Shown: positions 15,345-24,649 of the stretch, in pieces
Layout of the letters: each line of letters opens with the position of its first letter
How positions within the stretch are numbered: position 1 is the first letter of the stretch
Made by a program: the position numbers and the translations under genes
Source of the DNA: a virus
DNA length: 25,591 nucleotides
IMG/VR virus record: IMGVR_UViG_3300045988_170515
Direction: 5' to 3' (one strand)
Notes under the pieces: model-generated
Database searches by the model: none
Seen by the model: the letters and a program-made list of their open reading frames with translations, nothing else
What the model was told of the DNA's origin: nothing

Positions 15345-15696
15345 TGCAATTGCAGTCGCGGACAAAAAGCTGATTGATACGCTGACCGCCGCTTCGGCAG
15401 GGGCTCCGGTATCGCGGTTGTTTAATTCGGGCAACCATGATACATACATCACTCATCAGATCATATCAATCAACCCGCGCAACAATGCGGATGATGAAGC
15501 AAGCTCATATGAAATTCTGTTTGGAATAGATATCTATTCGCGTTCAAACTATATCGCGCTGATGCAGCGCATGATAACACAACTGGAATCAGCGGATTTT
15601 TTCGGTACATCCGTTGACGCAGAAATCTATGAACCTGATACGGCATATTACCATGTGCCGATGGAAACAAAATACCTAATCGAGGAGGTAACCTAA
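15337..15696 (+). CDS. Tail terminator / completion protein (putative)
   Basis: Positioned immediately before the major tail gene. ATG at 15337 (track GTG at 15331). Confidence 0.6.
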   Translation: MDDAIAVADKKLIDTLTAASAGAPVSRLFNSGNHDTYITHQIISINPRNNADDEASSYEILFGIDIYSRSNYIALMQRMITQLESADFFGTSVDAEIYEPDTAYYHVPMETKYLIEEVT

Positions 15697-16262
15697 TGGC
15701 AACGATAGGACTTAGAGACATATACTACTCTAAAATTACCCGAAATCAGCAAACCAACAAGTGGACCTATGCAACACCGGTGCGAATGGCGAAAGCGATC
15801 AGCGCGGAACTGTCAATCAACTATGCAACAGCGGCACTGTATGCCGATGATGCGCTTGACGATGAAGCAAAGGAGTTTTCAAGCGGAGAAATTAAGCTGA
15901 ACATCAATGACCTGTCGCCGCAGGTGCAGACGGATCTATTCGGGCAGACGCTTGGCGAAGACGGCATAAGCTATGCAAACACTGCGGATGCAGCACCGTA
16001 TGTAGCGGTTGGATTTCGTGCACGCAAAACGGGAGGAAAGTACAGGTACATATGGCTGTATCGCGTGAAATTCGCACCGCCTGCCGATGCATTTCAGACC
16101 AAAGGGGACGGCATCGAGTACAAAACACCCGAAATCACCGGAACAATAACCGCGCGTGAAGACGGAAATTGGAAAGCAGACTATGTTGGTGCCGAAACCG
16201 AAGATATTGCAAAAGCATGGTTCACGGCAGTGAAAGAACCTGCTGACAGCACCGGCACCTGA
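15696..16262 (+). CDS. Major tail protein (phi13 family)
   Basis: MATIGLRDIYYSKIT...YATPVRMAKAISAELS...LYADDAL matches the phi13-type major tail signature. 188 aa. Confidence 0.88.
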   Translation: MATIGLRDIYYSKITRNQQTNKWTYATPVRMAKAISAELSINYATAALYADDALDDEAKEFSSGEIKLNINDLSPQVQTDLFGQTLGEDGISYANTADAAPYVAVGFRARKTGGKYRYIWLYRVKFAPPADAFQTKGDGIEYKTPEITGTITAREDGNWKADYVGAETEDIAKAWFTAVKEPADSTGT

Positions 16263-16279
16263 TGTTGATGGAGGGAGAA

Positions 16280-16627
16280 ATGAGCGCAATTAAAGACGGA
16301 CGCACAACCATCATGCTGGATAAGCAGAGACATCTGCTGTTCAGTCTGAACGTTATAGATGAGGTACAGGACCGATTTCAGGACATTGAAGCTCTGCCCG
16401 CTAAGCTGCAAGGTAAAGACGGCATCAAAACCCTGCGCTGGCTGCTGACGCTGCTGCTTAATGAAGGCAGGGACGAAGCAGAGCCGGAGCTCACCGAACA
16501 GCAGGTCGGCCACATGATCCACGTTGGCAACATGGCGGCAGTAAAAGATGCAATTTTCGCATCCTTCACGGTCGGCAACGGCGGAGCGGAAACCGCGCAC
16601 GCTGAACCCGATGACGAGGGGGAATAA
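16280..16627 (+). CDS. Tail assembly chaperone (short G-like form)
   Basis: ATG at 16280 after GGAGGGAG. Acidic C-terminus, located between the major tail and tape measure genes. Confidence 0.8.
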   Translation: MSAIKDGRTTIMLDKQRHLLFSLNVIDEVQDRFQDIEALPAKLQGKDGIKTLRWLLTLLLNEGRDEAEPELTEQQVGHMIHVGNMAAVKDAIFASFTVGNGGAETAHAEPDDEGE

Positions 16628-16830
16628 ACTGCGGGCAGGGCATTGACCTTGCCCGCATGATCTATATCGGTGTTACACTGCTGCACTTCCCGGAGCGTGA
16701 AGTGTGGCACATGACACCGTATAAAATTACAAAACTATTCGAAATCCACAGGGAATTCAATCCCGACAGGTTCGAAACAAAGAATAATCCGCACATGGAT
16801 CCCATTGATGCGGCATTGGCAGGCTTCTGA
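16280..16830 (+). CDS. Tail assembly chaperone, -1 frameshifted long form (G-T analogue)
   Basis: A G5 run (16618-16622) lies just before the TAA (16625-16627). The -1 frame stays open for 70 more codons (GGINCGQGIDLARMIYIGVTLLHFPEREVWHMTPYKITKLF...) to the TGA at 16828-16830. Confidence 0.7.
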
Positions 16831-16875
16831 TTGTTCGGAGCCTGCCTTTATTATCTGCGTAAGGAAGGTGAACAT

Positions 16876-19800
16876 ATGGCTGACAGAACCGACACGATGA
16901 AAACAAAAATCGAAATCAGCGGCGAAAAAGAGTACCGAGATGCGTGCAAAAGCATCAATGCCGGATTACGTGAAGTCGCATCGGAAATGAAGCTTGTTAC
17001 CGCTCAGTATGCGGATAATGCCGACAGCACCGAAGCACTGACGGCAAAGGCTGCCGTGCTGAACAAGCAGCTTGTTGAAGAACAGAACAAGGTTGCAGCC
17101 GCCGAAGCCGCACTTAAACGCATGGTATCCGAAGGCCTTGAGCCGACAGATCCCGCGTATCAGAGAATGCAGGCCAATCTGAACAACAACAAGGCGGCTA
17201 TGCTGGATACGGAACGCGCGATAAGCAAAAATGCGGATGCGCTGAACAAGCTCTCCGAAGGGGCAGGCGGTGCCGCAGATGCATCAACAGAGTATCAAAA
17301 TGCATGTAACGGAATCAACTCTACATTAGCCGAAGTCGCATCGGAAATGAAGCTTGTTACCGCTCAGTATGCGGATAATGCCGACAGCACCGAAGCACTG
17401 ACGGCAAAGGCTGCCGTGCTGAACAAGCAGCTTGTTGAAGAACAGAATAAGGTTGCAGCCTCCGAAGCCGCACTTAAGCGCATGGTATCCGAAGGTATTG
17501 AACCGACAGATCCCGCATATCAGAAAATGCAAGCCAATCTGAACAACAATAAGGCGGCTATGCTGGATACGGAACGCGCAATAAGCAAAAATGCGGATGC
17601 GCTGAATGATCTCTCCGAAGAAGCAAGCGGCGCTGCACAGGAGATCGAAGAAACAGGCGATGCATCGGAAAAAAGCAGCGGTAAGTTTGAAAAGCTCGGC
17701 GGTGTGCTTAGAGGCATCGGAACGGCACTTGCTGCAGTTGCGGCCGCCGCCGTTGCCGCTGCAATAAAGCTTGGAAAAGATGTTGTAACACAGTTCAGTG
17801 AACTTGAACAAAATCTTGGCGGTGCCGAAGCTGTTTTCGGAGAGTATGCCGATTCTATCGCCGCATCGGGAGAGAAAGCCTACAAAAATCTTGGACTGTC
17901 ACAAAGCGAATACCTTGCGACAGCGAACAAGATGGGAGCCCTTTTTCAGGGAAGCGGACTGACGCAGCAACGAAGTTTGGAGCTCACGACTCAAGCGATG
18001 CAGCGTGCCGCAGATATGGCATCCGTTATGGGTATTAACATGGAGGATGCGATGAATGCCGTTGCAGGCGCAGCAAAGGGCAACTTCACGATGATGGACA
18101 ACCTGGGTGTTGCTATGAACGCAACAACAATCGAAGCATATGCTGCCGGTAAAGGATTGGATTTTGTTTGGGCATCGGCCAGCGGTGCGGAACGTGAAGA
18201 AATGGCAATGCGGATGTTTTTTGAAACAACCGAACAGTATGCCGGAAATTTTGCAAAAGAATCCGTAAGCACGATATCCGGGGCACTGGGTTTGCTGAAG
18301 GCATCGGTATCATCGCTGACCGCAGGTCTCGGTAATTCGGGCGCGGACATTGCCCTACTGTCGGCCAATGTTGCAGATGCATTCGGTGCCGTGGTCGATA
18401 ACATAGCTCCGGTGCTCGAATCCGTTGCAGCCGCACTTCCGCAGGCTGTCGGCGCGTTGACATCACAGCTCATGCGCCTGCTGCCGACGCTGTTGGAAAC
18501 TGCATCACAGCTTTTTGCAGAAATCCTGTCCGCACTGGTGCAAATGCTTCCCGCATTGATTCCCGCCGCCGTACAGGCCGTGATTACAATCACGAGTGCA
18601 CTGATAGACAATCTTCCGCAAATCATTGCGGCAGCGATGCTGATTGTTCAATCACTGATAACCGGCATTGCAGATGCACTGCCAACACTGATACCCGCCG
18701 CTGTACAGGCTATAGTCACAATCATACAAGGGCTAATTGAAAGTCTGCCCCTGCTATTGGACGCCGCCTTGCAACTGATTTCAGGACTTGCGCAGGGACT
18801 GATTGCTGCACTGCCCGTTTTAATCGAAGCCTTGCCACAGATTATTGCAGCTGTAACAACATTCATAATTTCAGCGATTCCCCAGATTGTTGACGCGGGT
18901 ATACAGCTGTTTACCGCACTTATAGGTGCGCTGCCGGATATCATAACAGCAATTGTTGAAGTAATTCCGCAGATAATTGACGGCATTGTTACCGCAATTG
19001 TTGAATCTGTACCATTATTGGTACAGGCAGGCATTGACCTTTTAACCGCACTTATCGGTGCACTGCCGGATATCATAACAGCAATCGTTGAAGCTATTCC
19101 GCAGATAATTGACGGCATTATTACCGCAATAATCGGAGCCGTGCCATTATTAATACAGGCAGGCATTGACCTTTTAACCGCACTTATCGGTGCACTGCCG
19201 GATATCATAGCGGCAATTGTTGAAGCTATTCCGCAGATAATTGACGGCATTATTACCGCAATTGTCGAATCTATACCATTATTGGTACAGGCAGGCATTG
19301 ATCTTTTGATTGCACTTGTTCAGAACCTCCCCGCAATCATAAACGGAATTGTTGCTGCAATACCCAAAATAATCGACAGTATTATAACCGCTGTTATAGA
19401 TGCCGTTCCGCTGCTGATTCAGGCAGGCATTGAACTATTCGTTGCACTTATCGCAAACTTGCCGCAAATTATCGTTGAAATTGTAAAAGCCATTCCGCAA
19501 ATCATCATCGGTATTGTAGACGCAATCGGATCACTTGTATACATGCTTGCCGATGCCGGGTTAAACCTGATAAAGGGACTTTGGACCGGCATAAAGGATG
19601 CTGCGGCATGGATATGGGATAAAGTCAAAGGGTGGTGCAGTGATCTGCTGGGTAAAATCAAAGGATTTTTCGGCATACACTCACCGTCCACCGTTTTTGC
19701 AGATATCGGTGATAACATGGCGGCAGGTATGGGCGTTGGTTTCGGTCGCGAAATGAAAAACGTAGAACAAAACATGAAATCACGGTTAGGAACCACTGTC

Positions 19801-20133
19801 AGGGCTATGCAGCGCATCGGAGCATCGATGCAGCTGGCATCTGATACAGAAAGTATGAAAGCTGTGAATCAAACCGCACGGCGGCTGCGTGCTGCCGTGT
19901 CTGCAACATCCAGGCGATATCCGGAATTCAAAATCGCTGCATCATCCTTGGGTATATCTGGCCGAGAAACCGAACTGACACAGTTATGCCGGACGTATCT
20001 TCCTGCCCTGCTTGCAAAACAGCAGCAATCAAAGATCATGCTTGACACCGGCACACTGGTTGGCGAACTGGCCGAACCGATGGATGCTGCACTCGGAAAT
20101 CTCCAAATTAAAAAACAAAGGGGGCTGTGTTAA
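16876..20133 (+). CDS. Tape measure protein
   Basis: 1085 aa from the ATG at 16876 (RBS AAGGAAGGTGA). N-terminal coiled coil, long hydrophobic helical repeat array, conserved GIHSPSTVFADIG motif near the C-terminus. Confidence 0.93.
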   Translation: MADRTDTMKTKIEISGEKEYRDACKSINAGLREVASEMKLVTAQYADNADSTEALTAKAAVLNKQLVEEQNKVAAAEAALKRMVSEGLEPTDPAYQRMQANLNNNKAAMLDTERAISKNADALNKLSEGAGGAADASTEYQNACNGINSTLAEVASEMKLVTAQYADNADSTEALTAKAAVLNKQLVEEQNKVAASEAALKRMVSEGIEPTDPAYQKMQANLNNNKAAMLDTERAISKNADALNDLSEEASGAAQEIEETGDASEKSSGKFEKLGGVLRGIGTALAAVAAAAVAAAIKLGKDVVTQFSELEQNLGGAEAVFGEYADSIAASGEKAYKNLGLSQSEYLATANKMGALFQGSGLTQQRSLELTTQAMQRAADMASVMGINMEDAMNAVAGAAKGNFTMMDNLGVAMNATTIEAYAAGKGLDFVWASASGAEREEMAMRMFFETTEQYAGNFAKESVSTISGALGLLKASVSSLTAGLGNSGADIALLSANVADAFGAVVDNIAPVLESVAAALPQAVGALTSQLMRLLPTLLETASQLFAEILSALVQMLPALIPAAVQAVITITSALIDNLPQIIAAAMLIVQSLITGIADALPTLIPAAVQAIVTIIQGLIESLPLLLDAALQLISGLAQGLIAALPVLIEALPQIIAAVTTFIISAIPQIVDAGIQLFTALIGALPDIITAIVEVIPQIIDGIVTAIVESVPLLVQAGIDLLTALIGALPDIITAIVEAIPQIIDGIITAIIGAVPLLIQAGIDLLTALIGALPDIIAAIVEAIPQIIDGIITAIVESIPLLVQAGIDLLIALVQNLPAIINGIVAAIPKIIDSIITAVIDAVPLLIQAGIELFVALIANLPQIIVEIVKAIPQIIIGIVDAIGSLVYMLADAGLNLIKGLWTGIKDAAAWIWDKVKGWCSDLLGKIKGFFGIHSPSTVFADIGDNMAAGMGVGFGREMKNVEQNMKSRLGTTVRAMQRIGASMQLASDTESMKAVNQTARRLRAAVSATSRRYPEFKIAASSLGISGRETELTQLCRTYLPALLAKQQQSKIMLDTGTLVGELAEPMDAALGNLQIKKQRGLC
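16930..17649. repeat. 360-bp (120-aa) tandem duplication in the tape measure N-terminal coiled coil
   Basis: 16972-17270 is nearly identical to 17332-17630, with only scattered substitutions when read side by side. Confidence 0.9.
18544..19590. repeat. Array of about 8 tandem 132-bp (44-aa) repeats in the tape measure
   Basis: ctgccggata recurs at 18931, 19063 and 19195 (period 132). The three central copies (about 18925-19320) are nearly identical in DNA; the flanking copies have diverged. Confidence 0.88.
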
Positions 20134-20822
20134 TGGGCATAACAGCCCGAAAAATCCGTCTGAACGTGAAATTCGGACAATGGGATGCATATGAAGACTG
20201 GGGGCTGCAACTACAGCCCTACCAAATTCCGCTTCCTGAACCAAAAACGGAGTATCTATCCCTTGCCGGTGGCGATGGACAGATAGATCTGACCGAAGCG
20301 GCAGGTGATATTCGCTACAGTAATCGTACATTTACACTTACACTGCAAGCAATCGATCACACTCGATCATGGACGAGGACCGCAAGCACCATAGCAAATG
20401 CTATACATGGCAAGCGGCTTAACGTGGTATTCAGCCGGGACAGCAGCTACTACTATGATGCACGCTGCAAGGTGCTATCGCTGTCCACACAGGCGGCACT
20501 CGGCACCGTCACAATCGAACTCAATGCTGCTCCATATAAAATGGCAGCCGCACTAACGACTGTATCGCTGAACATATCTGACGGTGCTGCAACGGCAACG
20601 CTGCAAAACGGACGGATGCCGTGCTATCCAACTGTAACAACTAACGTGACCTGCACGATAAGCTGGGGCAGCGGACACTCACAAAAGCTTGCCATCGGGA
20701 AAACACAGCTGACTGCACTGCGTATTCCTGATGGCGGAATATCCGTAACAGTTACCCCTAATCAGACGTCCGCAGGCATCATAAGCATGTGCGCTATAAG
20801 CTATAGGCAGGGATCGCTATGA
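20133..20822 (+). CDS. Distal tail protein (Dit)
   Basis: The ATG overlaps the tape measure TAA. WGLQLQPYQIPLPEPKTEYLSLAGGDGQIDLTE...RTFTLTL is a typical siphovirus Dit N-terminus. Confidence 0.82.
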   Translation: MGITARKIRLNVKFGQWDAYEDWGLQLQPYQIPLPEPKTEYLSLAGGDGQIDLTEAAGDIRYSNRTFTLTLQAIDHTRSWTRTASTIANAIHGKRLNVVFSRDSSYYYDARCKVLSLSTQAALGTVTIELNAAPYKMAAALTTVSLNISDGAATATLQNGRMPCYPTVTTNVTCTISWGSGHSQKLAIGKTQLTALRIPDGGISVTVTPNQTSAGIISMCAISYRQGSL

Positions 20823-22054
20823 GCTATCGAATTAAAATAGGTGATGTTGATGTATTCAACAATGATATCCCGGGGATGCAGCTGGGCGATCCAACACTTA
20901 CGCTGGAACTTTCCAAGGCCGGAACACTGACATTCAAGCTTCCTGCACTGCACAACAGCAGCTCACTGTTCTCAGCACCTGCCACTATTCTTCGTGTTTA
21001 TGACGATTCAACCCTTGTATTCAAAGGGCGTATGCTGACCGAATCAAGCGATTTTTTGAAAACACGATCTGTGACCTGCGAAGGTCCGCTGGCATTTTTG
21101 AATGACAGCATAATACGTCCGTTTGATTTCAGCGGATCACTCAAAGAGTTTTTGACATACGTCATCACAGCACACAACAAGGATACGAAACCGTGGCAGC
21201 ACATCGTATTGGGAACAATAAGTATAACAGATGATTATGTACATTACAGCAGCACGGATTACCTGTCTGCGTGGGATGTAATCCAAACACGTATACTGGA
21301 AACGCATGGCGGATACATACGTGTAAGGTACGATGTTAAAGAAAATGCAGTATTGGACTATGCAGAAAATTTTACAGGTGTGACACACACTGTCGCAGCA
21401 GACGAAAATCTAATTAATCTAACTCAGTCTCGCAGCGCAGAAAATACGTACACGGCATGTATACCACTGGGTGCAAAGATCGAGCAAACACTGTCTGACG
21501 GCACTACGCAGGAACGGCGATTAACTATTGAAACCGAAAACGATGGATACGATTACCTGATTGACAACGGACTTGCAGCATCATACGGTGTGATTTATGC
21601 ACCGGTGACGGAAACCACATGGGAAAACGTTACAGTAGCAAAAAACCTGTATGACCGCGGGAAACAATACCTGGAGAATAAAGCTGCAACTCTACACAAC
21701 ACAATCACAATCGATGCGGCGCTTTTGGGCAGCCGTCCGGCACTGGGCGACAAGGTGCAGCTGATAAGCTCTGCGCACAACCTGAATGTCACGATGCTGA
21801 TAAATAAGATAACCTATCGGCTCTGCAGTCCGTATGCCGTGCGCATATCACTCGGTGCCGAAAGTCGATCCATGCTCGAACAGAACCTGACCATGCGACA
21901 GTATATAGCTCAGCTGACAGATGAATATCTGAACAAATCCGGAGCGGCCCGAAATATTGCGCTCAGTCTAAAAAACGATACAGCACCGCAGCTGAAAGCA
22001 GAAATAGAAAAAATCGTGCAATCCGTGATCTCAGGATCAGGTTCAAGAACATAA
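20819..22054 (+). CDS. Tail-associated (Tal-like) baseplate hub protein
   Basis: 411 aa directly after Dit with an ATGA overlap. The N-terminal pattern is typical of prophage-tail/Tal proteins. No recognisable lytic C-terminal domain. Confidence 0.75.
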   Translation: MSYRIKIGDVDVFNNDIPGMQLGDPTLTLELSKAGTLTFKLPALHNSSSLFSAPATILRVYDDSTLVFKGRMLTESSDFLKTRSVTCEGPLAFLNDSIIRPFDFSGSLKEFLTYVITAHNKDTKPWQHIVLGTISITDDYVHYSSTDYLSAWDVIQTRILETHGGYIRVRYDVKENAVLDYAENFTGVTHTVAADENLINLTQSRSAENTYTACIPLGAKIEQTLSDGTTQERRLTIETENDGYDYLIDNGLAASYGVIYAPVTETTWENVTVAKNLYDRGKQYLENKAATLHNTITIDAALLGSRPALGDKVQLISSAHNLNVTMLINKITYRLCSPYAVRISLGAESRSMLEQNLTMRQYIAQLTDEYLNKSGAARNIALSLKNDTAPQLKAEIEKIVQSVISGSGSRT

Positions 22055-22085
22055 AGAGCATAAACAAAGAACGGAGGAATAACCT

Positions 22086-22751
22086 ATGCCAACAATTAAC
22101 GTTACCGTACGCAACCGTATCGCAACAGCACAGCGGTGGCAGTGCATTATATGCGGCAACAGCGACTATATCGTTGATTTCGATTTAGATGATGAATGGA
22201 ACGATATGCCCAATAAGGTTGCCGTATTTGTAACAAATACACGCGGCAATATCCGCCATGAACGTGTATTATTTGACGGATCAACGTGCGGCATTCCCGT
22301 GCTGCGCGGTGTCAACATGGTTGATATCGGCATTGAAGCCGGAGACATCCGCACCACTACACCGGCGCATGTCAAGTGCGAAGCTTGCATCACTGACAGA
22401 GCGGGAATGCCGCAAGAACCTGAAAATAATGTGTACGGGCAGATCCTCGCAATGACCACTGACATAGCTCAAGCAGTCATAGCAGCATCTGAACAGGCTG
22501 AAAGCGCACAAACCGCTGCAAGTGCAGCAGCAAGAGATGCGCAGACCACACGGACGGCTGCAAGCGCAGCAGCGTCAAGCGCACAGACCGCACAAGAGTG
22601 TGCGCAGGCGATGGCTGGGACGTTTGACTTCACCGGTTATATGCGGTATCGAGTGGTTACGGAGCTACCCGAGCAGCAGGATGATAACGTGCTGTATCTC
22701 ATCGTGGATCCCGAGACTCCCGAAGGAGAAAATGGGGGAACGCTGGAATGA
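22086..22751 (+). CDS. Putative tail fibre / baseplate accessory protein
   Basis: 221 aa. A/S/Q/T-rich helical segment (AESAQTAASAAARDAQTTRTAASAAASSAQTAQECAQAMAG), then a short C-terminal domain. RBS GGAGGAA. Confidence 0.6.
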   Translation: MPTINVTVRNRIATAQRWQCIICGNSDYIVDFDLDDEWNDMPNKVAVFVTNTRGNIRHERVLFDGSTCGIPVLRGVNMVDIGIEAGDIRTTTPAHVKCEACITDRAGMPQEPENNVYGQILAMTTDIAQAVIAASEQAESAQTAASAAARDAQTTRTAASAAASSAQTAQECAQAMAGTFDFTGYMRYRVVTELPEQQDDNVLYLIVDPETPEGENGGTLE

Positions 22752-23377
22752 AAGCTTTTCTTGCGAAGGCGTCTTTAGGAACGCTGGAAAGAAACGGGAG
22801 GTTTTACGCTGCCGGGAAGCAAATACAAAAGGCAGTGTTTAAAGGCGAAACGATTTATCACCTAAGGAAGAACCTCGCACTCAATGCTGCCATTCTTTAC
22901 TACAATAAGAAGTATCCGGATTATGCGAAGAACGGACCGCAGCACGCATTCGACGGAAAGATGAGTGATCCCGAAGCCGACAAGTGGCACGCTTCCGGCA
23001 CCAACGGTTGGGTTGCATTCGACATCCATACACCGGTTACAAATCCGATACTCAAGATTTATCATGCCGGTTCCGCAGGTGAAGATTCTGGCCTGAACAC
23101 CTCGTCATGGGATGTTTATATCCTTAACGAAAGGTACTTCACGGAAGAATCGTTTTTCAATCTGACCATCTCCGAACGGAATCGAGTCTGTCAGATTGCA
23201 TGGGCTTGGAAAAAGATTCATGTCACAAACGGCAATACCGCTGGTATATCTATCGACCGCATTGATATGCCCGAGGCAAGGCGTTTGTTCAAAATCAACA
23301 TGCGCAAAACGAATCAGACCGGACAGCCCTATTATCTCAATGTCTACGAAATCGAGATGTACGAAAGCGATTATTAA
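22748..23377 (+). CDS. Putative carbohydrate-binding (discoidin / F5-8 type C-like) tail-tip protein
   Basis: 209 aa. AFDG....W.....GW..FD......I.IYH.......S.WDVY.......W......R.FKI......YYLNVYEIEMY resembles galactose-binding-like domains. Called by eye only. Confidence 0.5.
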   Translation: MKAFLAKASLGTLERNGRFYAAGKQIQKAVFKGETIYHLRKNLALNAAILYYNKKYPDYAKNGPQHAFDGKMSDPEADKWHASGTNGWVAFDIHTPVTNPILKIYHAGSAGEDSGLNTSSWDVYILNERYFTEESFFNLTISERNRVCQIAWAWKKIHVTNGNTAGISIDRIDMPEARRLFKINMRKTNQTGQPYYLNVYEIEMYESDY

Positions 23378-23387
23378 GGAGAATGAA

Positions 23388-24272
23388 ATGGAGCACGATA
23401 TAAAAAATTTCATCCGTTGGGCTTTGCAGCATGTGCGAGAGGTTCCTTCAGGGGCGGTGTTGCCCCTCCCGGCAAAGAGCTGCTGCACTGACCCGTGGCA
23501 CTATCTGTTCGGAAGCGTCAGAGTAAAAACCACCGCCGGCATGGTGGCGCAGTACCGTGAAAAATACATAGCGAGGGGCTGGAAGCCCGAAACCTATGAT
23601 TATTACACAAAAGCGTGGAAACCCTCGGAGTACGCCACTGACTGCCAGGGGCTTCTCGACGCATATCTCACATATGAGTGTGGTGAATTGACGGACATTA
23701 ATGCAAATATGAACTACAAGAACTGGTGCGTTGATAAAGGCCGAATCGTTGACGTGACACGTCCGTACGTGGTCGGAGAGGCGCTGTTTATGCAGTCAAA
23801 AACAACCGGCAAGATGACTCATGTGGGCTGGATTTGCGGCTTCACGGCGGACGACGAGCCGCTGGCAGTGGAAGCCCGCGGACTGGCGCACGGTGTGGTT
23901 ATCACGAAGGTGTCGGAGCGTCCCTGGACGCACCGGGGGCTAATGAAAAAGAAATTCAACTACGAAGAAAGAGAGGAAAGCACAATGAAAATTAAATTCG
24001 AAGTTGTATCCCCTATGCATACGGGGAAGGCGTACAAGATGATGCAGGCGGCTCTGAATGCGTCGGGCTACACCGATGCGTCGGGATTAACACTCACCGA
24101 AGACGGCAAGTGGGGGGCAAAGTCACAGGCCGCTTTTGCCGCCATGATAGCCGACTATGCGCAGACGGATAGCACTCCCGCCGAACCGATCACTGTGGTT
24201 GACAACGGCGCGGCAACCGTGCTGATGCACGGTATCCGCATTACCATCACAAAGGACGGTGCCAACCAGTGA
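23388..24272 (+). CDS. Endolysin: NlpC/P60-type cysteine peptidase plus C-terminal peptidoglycan-binding domain
   Basis: ATG at 23388 after AAGGAG; the track start at 23196 overlaps the previous gene. Catalytic-type TDCQGLL and MTHVGWI motifs. The C-terminus (GKAYKMMQAALNASGY...DGKWGAKSQAAFAAMI) is PG_binding_1-like. Confidence 0.82.
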   Translation: MEHDIKNFIRWALQHVREVPSGAVLPLPAKSCCTDPWHYLFGSVRVKTTAGMVAQYREKYIARGWKPETYDYYTKAWKPSEYATDCQGLLDAYLTYECGELTDINANMNYKNWCVDKGRIVDVTRPYVVGEALFMQSKTTGKMTHVGWICGFTADDEPLAVEARGLAHGVVITKVSERPWTHRGLMKKKFNYEEREESTMKIKFEVVSPMHTGKAYKMMQAALNASGYTDASGLTLTEDGKWGAKSQAAFAAMIADYAQTDSTPAEPITVVDNGAATVLMHGIRITITKDGANQ

Positions 24273-24610
24273 CTGCAAGTCTGTGGATAACACTGATTAG
24301 TGCCGTGCTTGGCAGCGGAGCACTAACCGCCGTTGTAACAGCGGCACTGACCGCACACCGTGAACGCAAAAAAGCAGCAGCGCAGGTATCAGCTGCCGAA
24401 GCCCGCGCTGCATCTGCCGAACGGCAGGCACTGATGATGTTGACACTTGACAGCCTACAGGCACGGTGCCGCGCTATCATAGCTAAGGGCAGCCGCACGC
24501 AGACGGACACGCAGCAAATAATCATACAGCATGATATCTACAAAGCCTTGAATGGTGACGGCTGGGCGGATGCGCTCTTCACGTCCGCCATGGAACTGCC
24601 CATAGTATGA
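24269..24610 (+). CDS. Single-pass membrane protein in the lysis cassette (holin or lysis accessory, putative)
   Basis: GTGA overlap with the endolysin stop. N-terminal TM helix LWITLISAVLGSGALTAVVTAALTA, followed by a charged helical region. Confidence 0.6.
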   Translation: MTASLWITLISAVLGSGALTAVVTAALTAHRERKKAAAQVSAAEARAASAERQALMMLTLDSLQARCRAIIAKGSRTQTDTQQIIIQHDIYKALNGDGWADALFTSAMELPIV

Positions 24611-24649
24611 TATAGTATGATGCGGAAGAACCGCAGAAAGGATAAAACA

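Noticed and set aside
12995-19817. Long minus-strand ORFs inside structural genes (12995-13660, 13934-14371, 14844-15452, 17991-18626, 18648-19298, 19419-19817)
   Set aside because: All are antisense to confidently identified capsid, neck or tape measure genes. The 18648-19298 frame is open only because of the tape measure repeats.
24602-24620. Direct repeat atagtatga occurring twice at the boundary between the membrane-protein gene and the holin gene
   Set aside because: It is only 9 nt in two copies and is explained by the adjacent stop and start context. There is no further periodicity.
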